Assembly: GCA_029953675.1 (NCBI GenBank) | Contig: JAMWBK010000004.1 | Location: forward strand, 2,170,001 to 2,234,000 | DNA: 64,000 bases | Direction: 5' to 3' | Source: Rhodosorus marinus CCMP1338 | Taxonomy: Eukaryota; Plantae; Rhodophyta | Shown: positions 24,871-37,718 of the stretch, in pieces | How the letters are laid out: the number at the start of each line of letters is the position of its first letter | How positions within the stretch are numbered: position 1 is the first letter of the stretch | Made by a program: the position numbers and the translations under genes | Notes under the pieces: model-generated | The model's database searches: none | The model's input: the letters and a program-made list of their open reading frames with translations, nothing else | What the model was told of the DNA's origin: nothing

Positions 24871-27504
24871 CTACTGAATGGCAGGGATTGGGCGGTACTT
24901 GACTCGGGTGGGCTCAACGGAACCCAACCTCTTGACGCGATCTTGTTCATACTCCGAGTAGTTTCCGTCAAACCACCGGACTTCGGAATCCCCCTCGAAG
25001 GCGAGAATATGAGTGGCCACCCGATCCAAGAACCACCGATCATGAGAAATCACCATCGCACATCCTCCAAAGTCCAGAACAGCTTCCTCTAAAGCTCTCA
25101 GCGTGTCAACGTCAAGATCGTTCGTGGGTTCGTCGAGGAGCAGGACGTTTCCTCCTTGCTTCAGTACCTAGTTAGATCCACACGCAAACTTAAAATCCCA
25201 TCGGGGAGGAATCTCGCCCAGACAAAAGAGCGAGTCTCACCTTGGCCAGGTTGATCCTATTCCGTTCGCCACCGGAAAGATTTCCCACTTTCTTCTGCTG
25301 ATCACCTCCCTTAAAGTTGAACCACTACAATAAGGTTTATCGCAAGAAGTGTGTCAGCCGTGCACATGTCGAAAGAAGACGACATTCAATTCTACTCCTC
25401 TCACAAAACTCACCCCCAGATAAGCTCTAGAGTTGACGGTCCTCGTTCCGAGCATAATTTCATCGTCATTGTTGGTCACTTCTTCGAACACAGTCTTCTC
25501 AGCATCCAGACCTTCTCTGCTTTGATCAACGTACATGAAGTTTACCGATTCTCCGATCTTCAAACTTCCACCGTCGGGCTGCTCCATTTGCATCAACATC
25601 TTGAAGAGGGTACTCTTTCCCGCACCGTTTCCTCCGATGATTCCTACTATAGCGCCTTTGGGTAAGCTGAAAGACAGGTTGTCGATTAACACACGGTCAC
25701 CGAACACCTTCCTCAAGTTTTCCGCCTCAACGACCTGGTCGCCGAGCTTTGGCCCTGGAACGCGAAGGAATCAGTGAGATCATCCTCAGTACCCCAGGGA
25801 GCGCCTGCAGAGTGAGAAGCTTTTTCAATCTTTTGCCCATTACCAGGAGGGATATAGATATTTGTTGGAGGCGCTCTCATATCATCACGAGCACGTGTGT
25901 CCTCAGACTGGAGCCGGTTGAATCGCTCCATTCGAGCCTTCGATTTCACCTGCTGGCCCTTAGGATTCTTCTGGACCCACTCAAGCTCAGATTTGAGAGC
26001 GCGGGTCCTCGCGCTTGACTCCTTTTCCTCTTGAGCTAGTCTCTTCGCTTTCAGATCAAGCCAACCGGAGTAGTTGCCTTCGAATGGGATTCCTGTGTGG
26101 ACCAAGCGATGACGAAAATAGCGCCGTTTACATCAACAATTATGTCAAGAAATTTGAGGCAAACAAGAACACAACCCAACTTACCTCGTCCGCGGTCAAG
26201 TTCAAGGATCCATTCCGCCACGTTGTCAAGGAAGTACCTGCACACGTACGTTCCTCTTGAGCTTGGCGAATCCTGCAAAAGCGTTGAAGGAGCTTACCTG
26301 TCATGCGTAACTGCGACAATTGTTCCCTGGAAGGTTCCGAGGTATGTTTCAAGCCATGATACGGATTCCGCATCTTAAGTCACACAACGGAGAAGATCAG
26401 TTCGACACCGTGATAACGAGCAAGCTCAACGAAGGCGTTGGAATGAATCCTACCTAGATGGTTAGTTGGTTCGTCCAGAATGAGCATATCTGGTTGATTG
26501 ATTAGAAGCGCGGCCAGAGCTACTCGGCGACGTTCACCACCAGAAAGGACGTCAACCTTTGCATCCGACGGAGGGCAGCGTAGAGCATCCAGTGCTCGGT
26601 CAACTACGCGATCGAGCTCCCAGCCGTTCTTGGCTTCAATGACGGACTGCACGGACTCCAGTTCCGATGATAGTTTCAACATTTTCTCGTCCGAGATATC
26701 TGAGCTCGCCATTTTCTCACTGAGTTCCTTGTACCTGTGAATCCATAACGCTGAGCATTAGAACCGCGGGATCTATCGTTCTTAGCACAGCTGCTCTCTC
26801 GCATCGACCTACATGTTCAAACTTGCTCGGATATCGGTTACTGCTGCTTCGACGTTCTCGCCAACAGTTTCCCCGTTTTTCAGGTCTGGCTCTTGAGCCA
26901 AGTAAGCCAGCTTGAGGCCCGTTTGAGGTAGCGCCTCTCCCACAAAGTCGTTATCAATACCAGCCATGATCTTGATCAGCGTGGACTTGCCAGCACCGTT
27001 GTTCCCGAGGACGCCGATCTTTGCGCCGGGGAAGAAGGATAGATTGATATTCTTCAGGAGCTCCTTGCCGTTGGGGAGGCTCTTCCCCAGCTTATACATC
27101 TGGAATACATATTCACGCTTGTCCGTATCGATTTTGCTGTTTCCTGTGATAAACATACCCGATGGGTCAATTCCATACTGATGTTAGTCAGCGCGACATG
27201 CATCGACAAAGCACGCTCGAAGACCGTACCCTTCGGCGCTGCTCGAGGCTTGTCTCCAGGGCCTGAATTGCCACCCTTTCCCCCTTTTCCTTTCTTTCCT
27301 CCCTTAGACTTCTTTGCCTTGGACGCATTCAGGCCCATTTGCCATCTATCTCTCTGACAGAAGCTCCTATTTTGTGCATACAACGTTGCGGTTTAGCAAA
27401 ATTCCGTAACAGAACATAGAGAAATAGGGGCGGCGTTCAACCTGCCTCTCTCGTGAAAGCCTTGTACCCGCCAGACCGCCCGGAATAAATCCAAGCTCTG
27501 CCAT
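24871..27504 (-). CDS. ettA: ABC-F ATPase of the EttA/ChvD type, probably plastid-targeted, multi-exon
   Basis: [44 protein letters not shown], linker [59 protein letters not shown]; N-terminus [11 protein letters not shown] is transit-peptide-like. Confidence 0.9.
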
Positions 27505-28680
27505 GACTCTTGCTCAGATCGAGATCGAACACGACCGCAAAAACCAACACGACCTGCTAGACACCGCCTCAGATCCTACCCTCTAGAAACTGTAAGAAAC
27601 CCAGAAGCCGACAGCTCGAAGCATACCAAGCTCCAAACAGCGCAAGGTCAAATCTCCCCGACACTCATCTCTAAGCAGTGGTCGCCTTTTGGTAGATCCG
27701 GCTGGTCGGCTTAGAACTGACACCAGTCTCGTGCAGCGACAGCGTTGTGATTCATTTCTAGTAAGGAATTCTGCAAAGGTTTCGAGGTTCCATGTTGGAC
27801 GAGGTTGAGGCTATATCCACACTGTTCTACTGTTCAACTTGGCCTGCGATCTCGAGACGGTGCACGTGCCGGACGGGTGGAATAGATCTCTTGGGCGTGC
27901 TCGGAGTAGACAAAAAAAACATGGAAACTACTTGTCACATGGGATCTTTTCCCAATAATTTGGCCGTAGAGGTCAGCAGGATCAGTGAATATGCCAATCC
28001 TCTCCGGGTTTCAGCGTATGATATGTTCTAGATAAAACTGCCACGGAAGCAGGATCTGGGACCATTCCGACCTCAAGCTCGATGCACACGGTCAGGAAGG
28101 CAAAAAACAAAAACGATATCGAGTAGCTTCCAGGGAAACAAGACTCACCTCTTTCTCAACCAATCCAACCAATGTCCAGATTGAGAAACAAGGTGCAGCG
28201 TGCCTCGTCTTCATCTATCCCAACGACGGTGCAGAGCTGCCAAGAAGACAAGGCATTCAGAAAACGGCTTCGGCTGGAAAACGGTTCAAAATAATCCAAT
28301 AATCGATAAATCCAATTGCATTCAGATCAAAATGAGATTTCAATAAAAACACGGATCGAGGTGAAAACAATCCATTTGTGATACGTAGCATAATATCTAT
28401 TTTTCGATTTTTGTTCATGGTTGGGACGAGTTTGGTGTCCCATAATTCTGTCCCGAGTGTGTCGAAGGCTTCGCATAAGCAGAAGCACACCACTTGAGAA
28501 CTTGAAGAAGAAGATCTGTTGATAGTGGAGAGGTCGTTCTTTTGTACCTCTCCAGGCTCTCGTACTGTTCCAGTTCGATGGAGATCTGCATCCCGATTAG
28601 AAGCGGACTATGGCCGGTCGGTTGTGAGCCTCGGGAAGGGTATCGCGGTATGGTTTTTCGTTTTATTATAGGCTTTTGTT

Positions 28681-29364
28681 CTAGAACTCCAGAAGGTCCA
28701 AGTCATTTCCGAGGGCTTTTGTGGATCGCACTTCTCCTATGTAAATGTTGAGGTTTTCCACGCACGTGTTAAAAGCTACCTTCAGCGATTCTTCGTTCTT
28801 CTTCTGCGCCGCTTTCCTCATTTGCTTGCAAGATTCTAGGATCGCGTTGATAACTGGCTTCAGTTCAGTGTTGGAGGAAGCTTTGTTTCCTTCTGAAAAA
28901 AAGCTGGAAGCGAATAGTTCTAGAGGGTTCTTGACCGAATCCGCGGGTCCATCCTTTTCCGTGAACTCTAGAATTGCCGCCCAGTTCGCAGAGTCCACAG
29001 CAGGTTTCAGGTCCTTCAGACTGTCGCGAAAAGCTGCTATCCTTGGCAGATACCTATACCCAAGAGGAACATATCTCAGGCTTCCAGAAAAATCCAAGTA
29101 CGATGACGTGCCATTTCGAAACAAGAGTTTCCAACTACCTTACCTCCTGGCAGCTGTCAATTTCGTAGAAAATTTGCCTGTTCGATCCGCTTGTGCTGGC
29201 TTTGGCAATAGCAAACTGCTAAAACCAAACCCTGCTACCAAGATTTCTCGTCTGCTCAGCTCCCAAGGCTGTGCAGCGTCCTCTGCCCCACGCGTTGGAC
29301 ATCGACTAGCGAGCTCTCGGGATCCGGAAGCAGTGCCGGAGCCCAAGCAATTCACAAAAGCCAT
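28681..29364 (-). CDS. Thylakoid-lumen protein with bipartite/Tat signal, PsbQ-like helical bundle (tentative)
   Basis: MAFVNC transit start, twin-Arg SRREILV, hydrophobic stretch and AQA cleavage motif; mature part DRTGKFSTKLTAARRYLPRI...LELFASSF...MRKAAQKKNEESLKVAFN is helical and PsbQ-like; intron about 29054-29143. Confidence 0.6.
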
Positions 29365-31785
29365 GGACTAAAAGTTCTCTGAGCTCCAGATAAGACTCAC
29401 TAAACACTCCAGAGCCAGAGCTAGTCAGGTCAGGTAACCAAAATACAGGTCGTCAACAACCAATCCTCCCCCTCCCCGCCCCAAAACAATGGCTCACAAC
29501 TTTTGAACCGAAACACTGTCAAACCCATCGGCAATACACAAAAATCCGAAGTCAGCTAGGATCTCCGATGTGAAAAAATTCGGATATTTGCCAGACTTCT
29601 TTATTCACAGGAATTCTAACTCAATCACACGATTATCATACCAATACCTGTTCTCGGATGGTCCCGATAATACTGGGTAAAGCTTTTACGCCTAAATGAG
29701 GTTACATCGGAAGCTTGAAAAGCTTGCTTGCCTCGATTGGGATGGAAGTGCCACCGCTCACTCGCCATAAAGGCAATTGCGGAGGATCTACTGCCGTGAA
29801 GTCGATGTTGTGCTGTCGTTGTCCTTGTTGTTGTCGAGTGCTCTCCTCCAAGGAAGCAGAACAATGTCTCGCTGGCTTTTTTAAGCTTGACATGGCATAT
29901 GGGGTTGAGGTGACCGCACGCGATCTCCTCATCCAGCAAGGTTTCTGCTGGCTGACAAAGTTTTGTGTCGCCTTTTCTCGCAAACTTTCTGAAGGCGGGA
30001 AACGCCGGGTAACGGCGGACCATGAATGCGTGAGTGTACCATTCTCGACGGAAAACTATCCGCGCGTATGCTCATGGCCCACCCACAGAAGTAAAATAAA
30101 AACAAGCCCCTTCCCCCAGAAACACAGCCACGGTTTTTCACTTCAACAGCCCCGCCGAAGAACTCAGATGCTGGCACACCTTGATTCGAGAGACCTGCTT
30201 CGGTTCTAGGTTAACATCGTGGACGAGATTGTTCCTGGACGAGATTGTTCAACCCAGAAGTTGAAAGGAACGCACCCTGCACAAGTTCAAGTTGCATGAC
30301 AGTGACTGCTACTCTGTCCAAATATTCCAAACGTCTTTCATATCCTTACGACCATAGACTACGTTTCCAAAGGAACCGTTTATACGGCTGGTTCTCGACC
30401 GATCCAGTCCCGAAAGGAGATTCCGAAAGCTGGCCATTTGGTACCATGAACGAGGAAGAGGCGATAAACTACGCTCGAGCTGCTCCAGCGGCAAATTTGC
30501 AGCGAATATCAGAACGCTTGCAGACATTCTGGGCATGATCGTTAGCCTTGGGCACCACCAATGTCCAAGGAAGCGTTTATCTGGATGCCCCATTCGCGTC
30601 GCGCTGGAAGCCGAACTGCACAACCATTCACTTGATGGTGATACCTTCCTTCGACCGACACACTGCTGAAGATTGTTTACGGCAATCTCATCCGTCCTAA
30701 GCGGGCTTCACGAAACCTAGAGGAAGAATACAATCAGCACTCAATCGATGGAGACCGTACGAGGACTGGCTGCAGGTCCGATCAATCGAGTCAACCAGGG
30801 TTCATTCGAGTCCGGTATGGCTCCAAAAGCTTGACCTTGTCAGGCAAGCCGCTCCCAAGGGTCTATTGGATGAAGTTAGATTTTGTAAGCGAATTTCTCG
30901 CCTGGAAGTGCTACACATGTTTCTAGCGATTACAAGAAGGAATCGTCCCTGTTTTACCCGTCTCCGGAGCTATCGCCCGCTCTCCCGTTTTCAAAGAGCA
31001 CTGAATATAGATCATCATCCACGAGAGACTGCCGTACCGCCCGGGGTTCGAAGATCAACAGCCAACGATGAAATGGAACAGCTTTGTTACAAGCTCGACT
31101 ACATGGTGGCCAGACCTCTCCATTACTGGCCCAGTCCTTCGCCCAGTCAACTGGTGCGTGTACTAACACATACAAAGAAAGTACTAAATCCGTCGCCAGA
31201 GAGGGGGTATCTGTTTCAGTACTCATATTGTGAAGAAATAACACACTAATGCATTTATTTTCGAAATTATTAGGGGGGGTACCGATAGCCGGTATTGTGA
31301 GGACGCAACATCGGCCGGTGATTTTCGATAGCTGCCCCAAGGCTTTTTTATAAGTCGTATGAGAGCAAGGGGTGAAGGGTAGGGCCAAAAAATTAATATT
31401 TTTGGACGTTGGCATGGTAATATTGGATGCCTTATGTGGGCCTGGCTAATGGATCAGATTTTTGGGATTTTTCAGTTGGCCGTCGGAGCGGGGAGGTGAA
31501 GACGAGATCTTAGATGTTTGGATAGGGGGAGGCAGTAGGAAGGGGATGCATAGAAGAAACGAAGAAAGTTTCGTTTAGCGATCTAGAAAGAAGGATAGAG
31601 GAAAGATCCCTTATCCTTTCAGCACGGGGATGTGGTCTGCTTCTGCTATCTGAAGAGCTTTTTTTTTGAGGATTTTCTTCGTTTTGTAGAGGGTTTTTGG
31701 TGGGGGAAGGGGGCGGGTTGGGCGTCGGTGTGGCTGGTTTTGTTAGGATTTTTCTTGTTTTTGTTGCCTATCCAAGTAGCAGGCG

Positions 31786-32916
31786 ATGGTAGTGGAAAAC
31801 TTGACGCCTGATGCGGGTGTTGTGAAGCGGGTGGAGGTCCCTGGAGAAGGCGAAAAGCCATCTGCGCATGCGCGAGTGTATATTCACTATACTTTGAGGT
31901 CGGGTGGGAAGGTTCTTGAGAGCTCAAGAGGCTCAAATGAGGTATGTTGTGGGACAGTCGCTCAGCGATCGAGAATTTCGTGAGGTTTTACTCATCCTGC
32001 TTTTCGTGCAATGTCCAAAGGAAATTTCGTTTCGTTTGGGTAGGGAGAAGGTGGTTCCCGGTCTTGAAATACTGGTTAGGTCCATGAGCCCCGGCGAAGT
32101 AGCAGTTGGGACATTGTCCGGTGACTATACGCTTAGGAGTCGGGGAATAAACAAACCGGTTGACATTGAGGTGAGGCTCATTCGAGTCGATCAAGAGGAA
32201 GGCAAAAAAGATTACTTGCGGATGACACCCCATGAGAGATTGGAAGCGGCTACAAAGTACAAAGAAAACGGAAACAAGTAAGACCCTTCACCTCAAGCTG
32301 CAACTCACTCTCAAAAGCAGTCCTCTTAAAAGTCCTGCGTGTTCTGCAACTAGGTATTTTAAAGAGGCAAAGTTCAAGAAGGCGATGACTGACTACCTCC
32401 GGGCGCAGGAGTATCTGTACTACGTGTTTGTCGATGAGAAGGGTAGGGATACTCGAACCGCAGTTCCTGAGAATGGTGACGGTAGTTCTTCAGAAGCGCA
32501 AGCTTTGGAAGAGATGGTTAAGATGGTGAGATGACTTTTTCCCAATAGCGTGACTCAAGCGCAGACTAATGTGCTGAAGAGCTATGCGTTCGGCGAAATA
32601 GGTGAAGATTTCCACGTTCAACAACCTGGCGCTGTGTTATGCAAAGGAGGGCTCAAACAAGAAGGTGGTCAAATATGCAAATGAGGTCCTGTCGCTTGAT
32701 CCTAGAAACGCCAAGGCATTGTACCATCGGGGCATGGCGAGATCTAATTTCGGGGAAATGGAAGAAGCTAAGTTGGACTTGCAGCAAGCCCAAAAACTTA
32801 ACCCCGAGGATCTTCGGGTGAAAAACGAACTGGGTTTGTTGGACAAGAAGATTATGAGCGGCAAGAGAAGAGAAAAGCGAGCCTATGGAGCGATGTTTGG
32901 GTTTGGTTCATCTTAA
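31786..32916 (+). CDS. FKBP-type peptidyl-prolyl isomerase with TPR repeats (FKBP51/ROF-like co-chaperone), 4 exons
   Basis: DAGVVKRVEVPGEGEKP...VYIHYT...LESSR, FRLGREKVVPGLEILVRSMSPGEVA, KENGNKYFKEAKFKKAMTDY, FNNLALCY, NAKALYHRGMA. Confidence 0.88.
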
Positions 32917-33419
32917 GAGTTACGGAAGACCTTCATAGCATGAGTTGATAGTCCTTGGCTAGGTGAAAGCCATAACTGTATTGAGCGACAGCGAGATAAG
33001 CGAACAAATTGTAAAGTGTGATGACGTCATTCGTGTATTTTCGGTTTCTCCAAGGGATGGGAGCCCCGCGAACGCGGAGCGATCATCAACTCAACCTCCA
33101 CGACAAATACGTGTTCATGTGTGCTGATGGCGAGATAAAGGCAATGCAAAGAGCATCTCGATCTCAGATTGCTCACTTTCTTGTTTTGTATACATCTAGG
33201 AGGTTGGCCATACCAGAAAACACTCATAGGGTGAAACGCAGATTGCTATGCCGTCTAGCGTACTCAGCGTAAGCGGACTCTTGACTCGCTCACTTGAAGA
33301 ATGCTTCTGTATTCTATCATACGCGGTGGCACCTCTGCCGCAAGAGAAAGCGGCATCCAGCCTGGTCAGGATTTGAGAATGGCATACGTACTGACCCGCT
33401 TCCGTGAGATACACTTACC

Positions 33420-34754
33420 TTATAGTAGATGGCGGACCATGTCTCTCTCCTCAACGAGCTCCTTCGCTGTAGCGCTCATCATCTTCTTCGAGTATTCATC
33501 AACTTTCAGGTCCTTGACCATCGTGAACTTGCCATCCCCCGGGCACAGACAGGGGATAGAGTACACAAGTCCCTTCGGGATCCCGTAGGATCCATCACTG
33601 AAGAGTGAACACATGTCAGCGGACGAGATCAGAACCGGAGCAATATCACTTTCAATTCACTCAAGCGATATGTACCTCGCCACAGCTATTGACTGCCAAG
33701 CGCTCCCGGAACCGAGGAATAAGTCTCTCACGTGATCGATTGCTGAATTCCCTGCCGAGGCCGCACTGGAAGCACCTCTTGCGGTGATGATGGCTGCTCC
33801 ACGCTTCTGAACAGTTGGGAGGAACGTCTCTGAATACCACTTACTATCGATCACGTCGGACAATCTGACTTTTTTGCCATCGATCATCGCCGTGGCGTGA
33901 GTTATATCCGGATACTGCGTCGAGGAGTGGTTGCCCCAGATGCATAACTAAACCATCGGAAAAATAGACCATCGTAGACGTGAGTATACAGTGCTTCTGT
34001 CGTCTCAACGCGGGCTTCCGATTGCTATTGTACCATACCTTCTCAATATCTGAAACGCCAATCCCTAGCTTGAGTGCCATTTGTCCCAAAGCTCGGTTCT
34101 GGTCTAGTCTTGTCATAGCGTGGATGTGCTTCGGGTCCAGATTGGGTGCGTTCGCCGAAAGCACAAGGGCGTTGGTATTTGCCGGATTACCTACGACTAG
34201 GACCTAGGAGCATGTCTTAGCACCTATATGGAAGTCACTGAAGATTGAACGAATCTGGCTTCTACCTTTGCGGTCTTCTTTGCGCTCTTGTTGATCGCTT
34301 TTCCCTGGTCCTTGAAGATGCTAGCGTTGGCCGACATGAGGTCCTTCCTTTCCATTCCAGGGCCGCGAGGTCTGGCACCAATCAGGAGGCATACATCGGC
34401 ATCGCCGAAGCCTTCGCTCAAATCCGCGGTTCCGACCACGCTATTGAGCAGTGGAAACGCTCCGTCCTGAATCTCCATCATCACTCCTTTGAGGGGCTTC
34501 AACCCTTGTGGAACCTCGATCAGCTTGAGATTGATCGGCTGATCTTTTCCGAGGAGCTCACCACTAATACCAAAACCGAACCAAAAGGAGTGGAGCGATG
34601 AGCACGATCAGGTGTGCGCATCAATACAAAAAAAAAGGCACGTAAGTCCAGGCTACAAAACCTACTTGGCAATACGCATAAGCGCAGCGTATCCAATCTG
34701 TCCAGCAGCGCCCGTCACAGCAACATTCATCGCCGGTTTCACTGACATCGACAT
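33420..34754 (-). CDS. MDH: Cytosolic NAD-dependent malate dehydrogenase, multi-exon
   Basis: [85 protein letters not shown]. Confidence 0.96.
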
Positions 34755-35054
34755 CGCCCTGCTCGATGATGACGAGAGGAGCGACCGTCCAACTCTCCCA
34801 ACTGCTTGACTCAAAGCCATTAGCGCTTTTCTCAGTAGCACAAACTCAACAAGCTAAAAACACCCAGAGGATATGTACTACTAATCCAAAACCTTTCTAT
34901 CTTTTTCACACGACTGACGAATCGACTCTCGCTCAAGATTGATACACAAGCTACCATTCCCCCATCGCCTTACATGGCAACCCAAATTCGATCGAGTTCG
35001 ATCATCACCACCGCCGTTCTAACTGACAGTCAAATTCCGTTCTGTGGTGCATAG

Positions 35055-36090
35055 GAGTACGTCTTCAGGTCTGCGGTTTATCCTTTATGCCTGTCGCTGA
35101 CTTGGTGGCCTCTTTCGTGGTGATCCAGGTCCTGAGAGTAGGGTTGTGCCAAGTGGGTCGGGTTTTTCGCTGTTTACGACCCCCCGCCGCTTAAACCCCC
35201 CTGTTTTCGCGGGTTTAACCACTTCTGGAGTCAACTCACGGGAGCTGTCTTCTACCCTCTGGCGTTCCTACGCTTACTTATTGTTGAGTGCACGTCATTG
35301 TCTGTCACCGGGTAGTTAGACTGAATATAATAATGAGGAAGAAACCTAGTATCACTGATGCGTCCTAGAGCCGCTGGAGGCTAGTTTCCTTATCCAGCTG
35401 GGTTCAGTGTTGAGGTCTGATTAATGCGATAGACCTCCCAGTGAGAATCGATCGTTACCGTCTCCGTTTTCGACAAAACGTTATTTGGGAGTTTGTTAGA
35501 GGTAATTCAAGAGTCGAATATCATGGATGAGTCATGGAGCCTTGAGGCTGGCTTGCCTATCCAGTTGGGATAGATAGGTGAGGTCTAGTAAGTGCGTAAT
35601 ATAGGATTGTTTGCAGCCGCGACTGGAAGCAGCTCATGATCTCCAAGAGAATTATGAACCGGGGCTTTTGGATCGTATGCAGCACGTCGCATGGGAGCTG
35701 CTGAGGAGAGTTGAAGATTTCTTCTTCTTTTTACTATCGGCTTCCTAGCAATCCAAATTTCAACAGAATCAGGTCATCACCACAGCCGTTCAAACAAACT
35801 GCTGTTGTAGAAGGTGAACACGAATAGATCGCCAGATCTACGCGTGATCCTTTTTGCTCGGCACTTGCCTGGTGGCCTCTTTCATGACGATCCACTGGTC
35901 CTGAGAGTCTCAGCATTTTCCGTGGAAGGTAACACGAATTAATCCTCAGACCTACGCTTTATCCACTATGCTTGTCGCTCCTTTGGTGGGCTCTTTTGCA
36001 TAATGATTTTCCGGTCCTGAGAGTATCCTCACAGAGCCGTCGCGTGTGAGCTACTAAGGAGGGTTGAAGTTTTCTTCTTCTTTTTACTAG
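35055..36090. repeat. ORF-poor block built from degenerate internal duplications
   Basis: A 52-bp pair (35685-35736 vs 36038-36089, 46/52 identical), three ~90-bp copies sharing GGTGG(C/G)CTCTTT...GGTCCTGAGAGT (about 35060-35140, 35820-35910, 35935-36025), and a ~45-bp pair (about 35376 vs 35543). Confidence 0.75.
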
Positions 36091-36180
36091 TATCAGAACA
36101 CTCAGCTGTGTGTTTCCACACTCTTCAGCACTCATTTTTTCTCTCGGTATAAGTCAGTTAGCATCCCCCACAAGCAGCGA

Positions 36181-36555
36181 TTACGCCTCATCCGGTTTGT
36201 ACTCTGAGAAGTCTGGAGGCCTTTTCTTGAATCGATAAACGCCTGGGTAAGTGTTGTCGCCTAGATGAACTTTTCTTCCGGCCATGTTTGTAATCCTCAT
36301 AAACCTGTTGTAAGATGACGACACAACGTAATCCTTTCTCTTCTTACCCTCCATTTTCGCAACCTCGGTGTTGAGATGCTCAAGCGCGTCTTTTCCTTGA
36401 TTAAGAATTCTCATATTCTTGTACACAATCGCCATCCTCTGCTTCGTATTGCGCTTCCCCGCTTTCGTAAGTCCAGTGTGTACCTTCACCGCCGAATCGG
36501 CCTTCCGATTCCTCTGCATCGCCTGAATCGTCGCCCGAAAAGGTCCGAACGACAT
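36181..36555 (-). CDS. Small basic hypothetical protein, possibly organellar RNA-binding/ribosomal
   Basis: Intronless K/R-rich ORF MSFGPFRATIQAMQRNRKA...GVYRFKKRPPDF; the N-terminus lacks acidic residues (presequence-like). Confidence 0.5.
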   Translation of the reverse strand: MSFGPFRATIQAMQRNRKADSAVKVHTGLTKAGKRNTKQRMAIVYKNMRILNQGKDALEHLNTEVAKMEGKKRKDYVVSSSYNRFMRITNMAGRKVHLGDNTYPGVYRFKKRPPDFSEYKPDEA

Positions 36556-37718
36556 ATTGAAACAGAAATTGGGTGACACACGCAGATCCTCTTTCACGAT
36601 CTACTTCTTTGAAAATTTTAGCAGCTAAAAAATCGTTCCAAGACCCCAGGGGTATAGCACAATTTTCTACTCCATTATGTCCTCACCTTCCCCTCCACCC
36701 ACCAATCCCCACCGCTCCCGTCCTCGCAAGAAAGTGTTAGGTTCTGTGAGTCCTCTTTGCATCATTCGCCAGTTTTGGGCGAAGAAGACCGAGCTCAGCG
36801 ACGTGAGAGCTCAGTGAATCGGAGATTGTAGGAAAGGAATGGGAGCTCGTCATAAGGACTCTGCTTGTGGGTCAGCTGGACAATCCGTTGATCCCCATTA
36901 TCATTACTTTTACACGTCGCTATAGACCTCCCGGAAGTCGGGGGTTAACTTCAACTTTCCCCTTGAAATCGTGATAGAACTGCGCTATGCAGTTGCTCAG
37001 TAACCGGCTAAGGTTACAGCGAACACAGCAGCATCATATTCTTCGTGCCCTGTACACGCGGAGACGTTTGAGACCACTAGGGAAACAGGCTGAACACTTC
37101 CTTGGGAGGTCGCCCTGACAACCGCAAACATTTCTACTGCATTCAGGAAAGGCTGGGATATTGACCGGTGCTCACTGCAAGGTGAATGCCCTTCTGGCCA
37201 CGCAAGCGGATTAGATGAGTTTCCACGCATGGTAACCACATAACCCACCGTTGGTTTCATAAGGCGTCGGTAGAGTCCCTCTTTCCTCTTTCTAGGATTC
37301 AATTGGGAGATCTTTGCTAAAGCCTTCACGGTTATCTTGTATGAAGATGACAATCGTGGCAGAGTCTTTCGGAAGCGTCAGCAGGTAGGGAATTGCACGG
37401 GAGAGAGAGCCACAAGAATAGTGGCTTTCCAACTCAGCAGCACTGGAGACTTTTTCCGTGCTCCTGCGTTTGCGTGCTAGAGAACTTGTTCGTGGTGGAT
37501 GGAAACGGATTTCGTCGCTTCCTTTTTTCGTTAGTCCTACGATATTGTATTTACCTTTGTGTATCTGAATTACTGCGAGTTAGTTACTTTATCGAACGCC
37601 GAGGAAAAAGTTTTTCGCGGAATTCGCAGAGATGCTCGTCCAGACCGTGGAATTGGAAGTCGTCAGCCTAGCCGTGCCCGTCGTTAGAATTGACGCTTGC
37701 TATTCTATCGTCAACTCC

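Noticed and set aside
24871-27504. Bacterial contamination or recent HGT for ettA (and nusG)
   Set aside because: Both have multiple spliceosomal introns, transit-like peptides and host-like composition, and are embedded among eukaryotic genes
27820-28070. Minus-strand frame interrupted by one TGA (28011-28013), possible selenoprotein or readthrough
   Set aside because: No recognisable selenoprotein motif or SECIS, and the gene model cannot be completed
28745-29371. 208-aa ORF on +
   Set aside because: Antisense to the lumen-protein gene, which has clear targeting and splice signals
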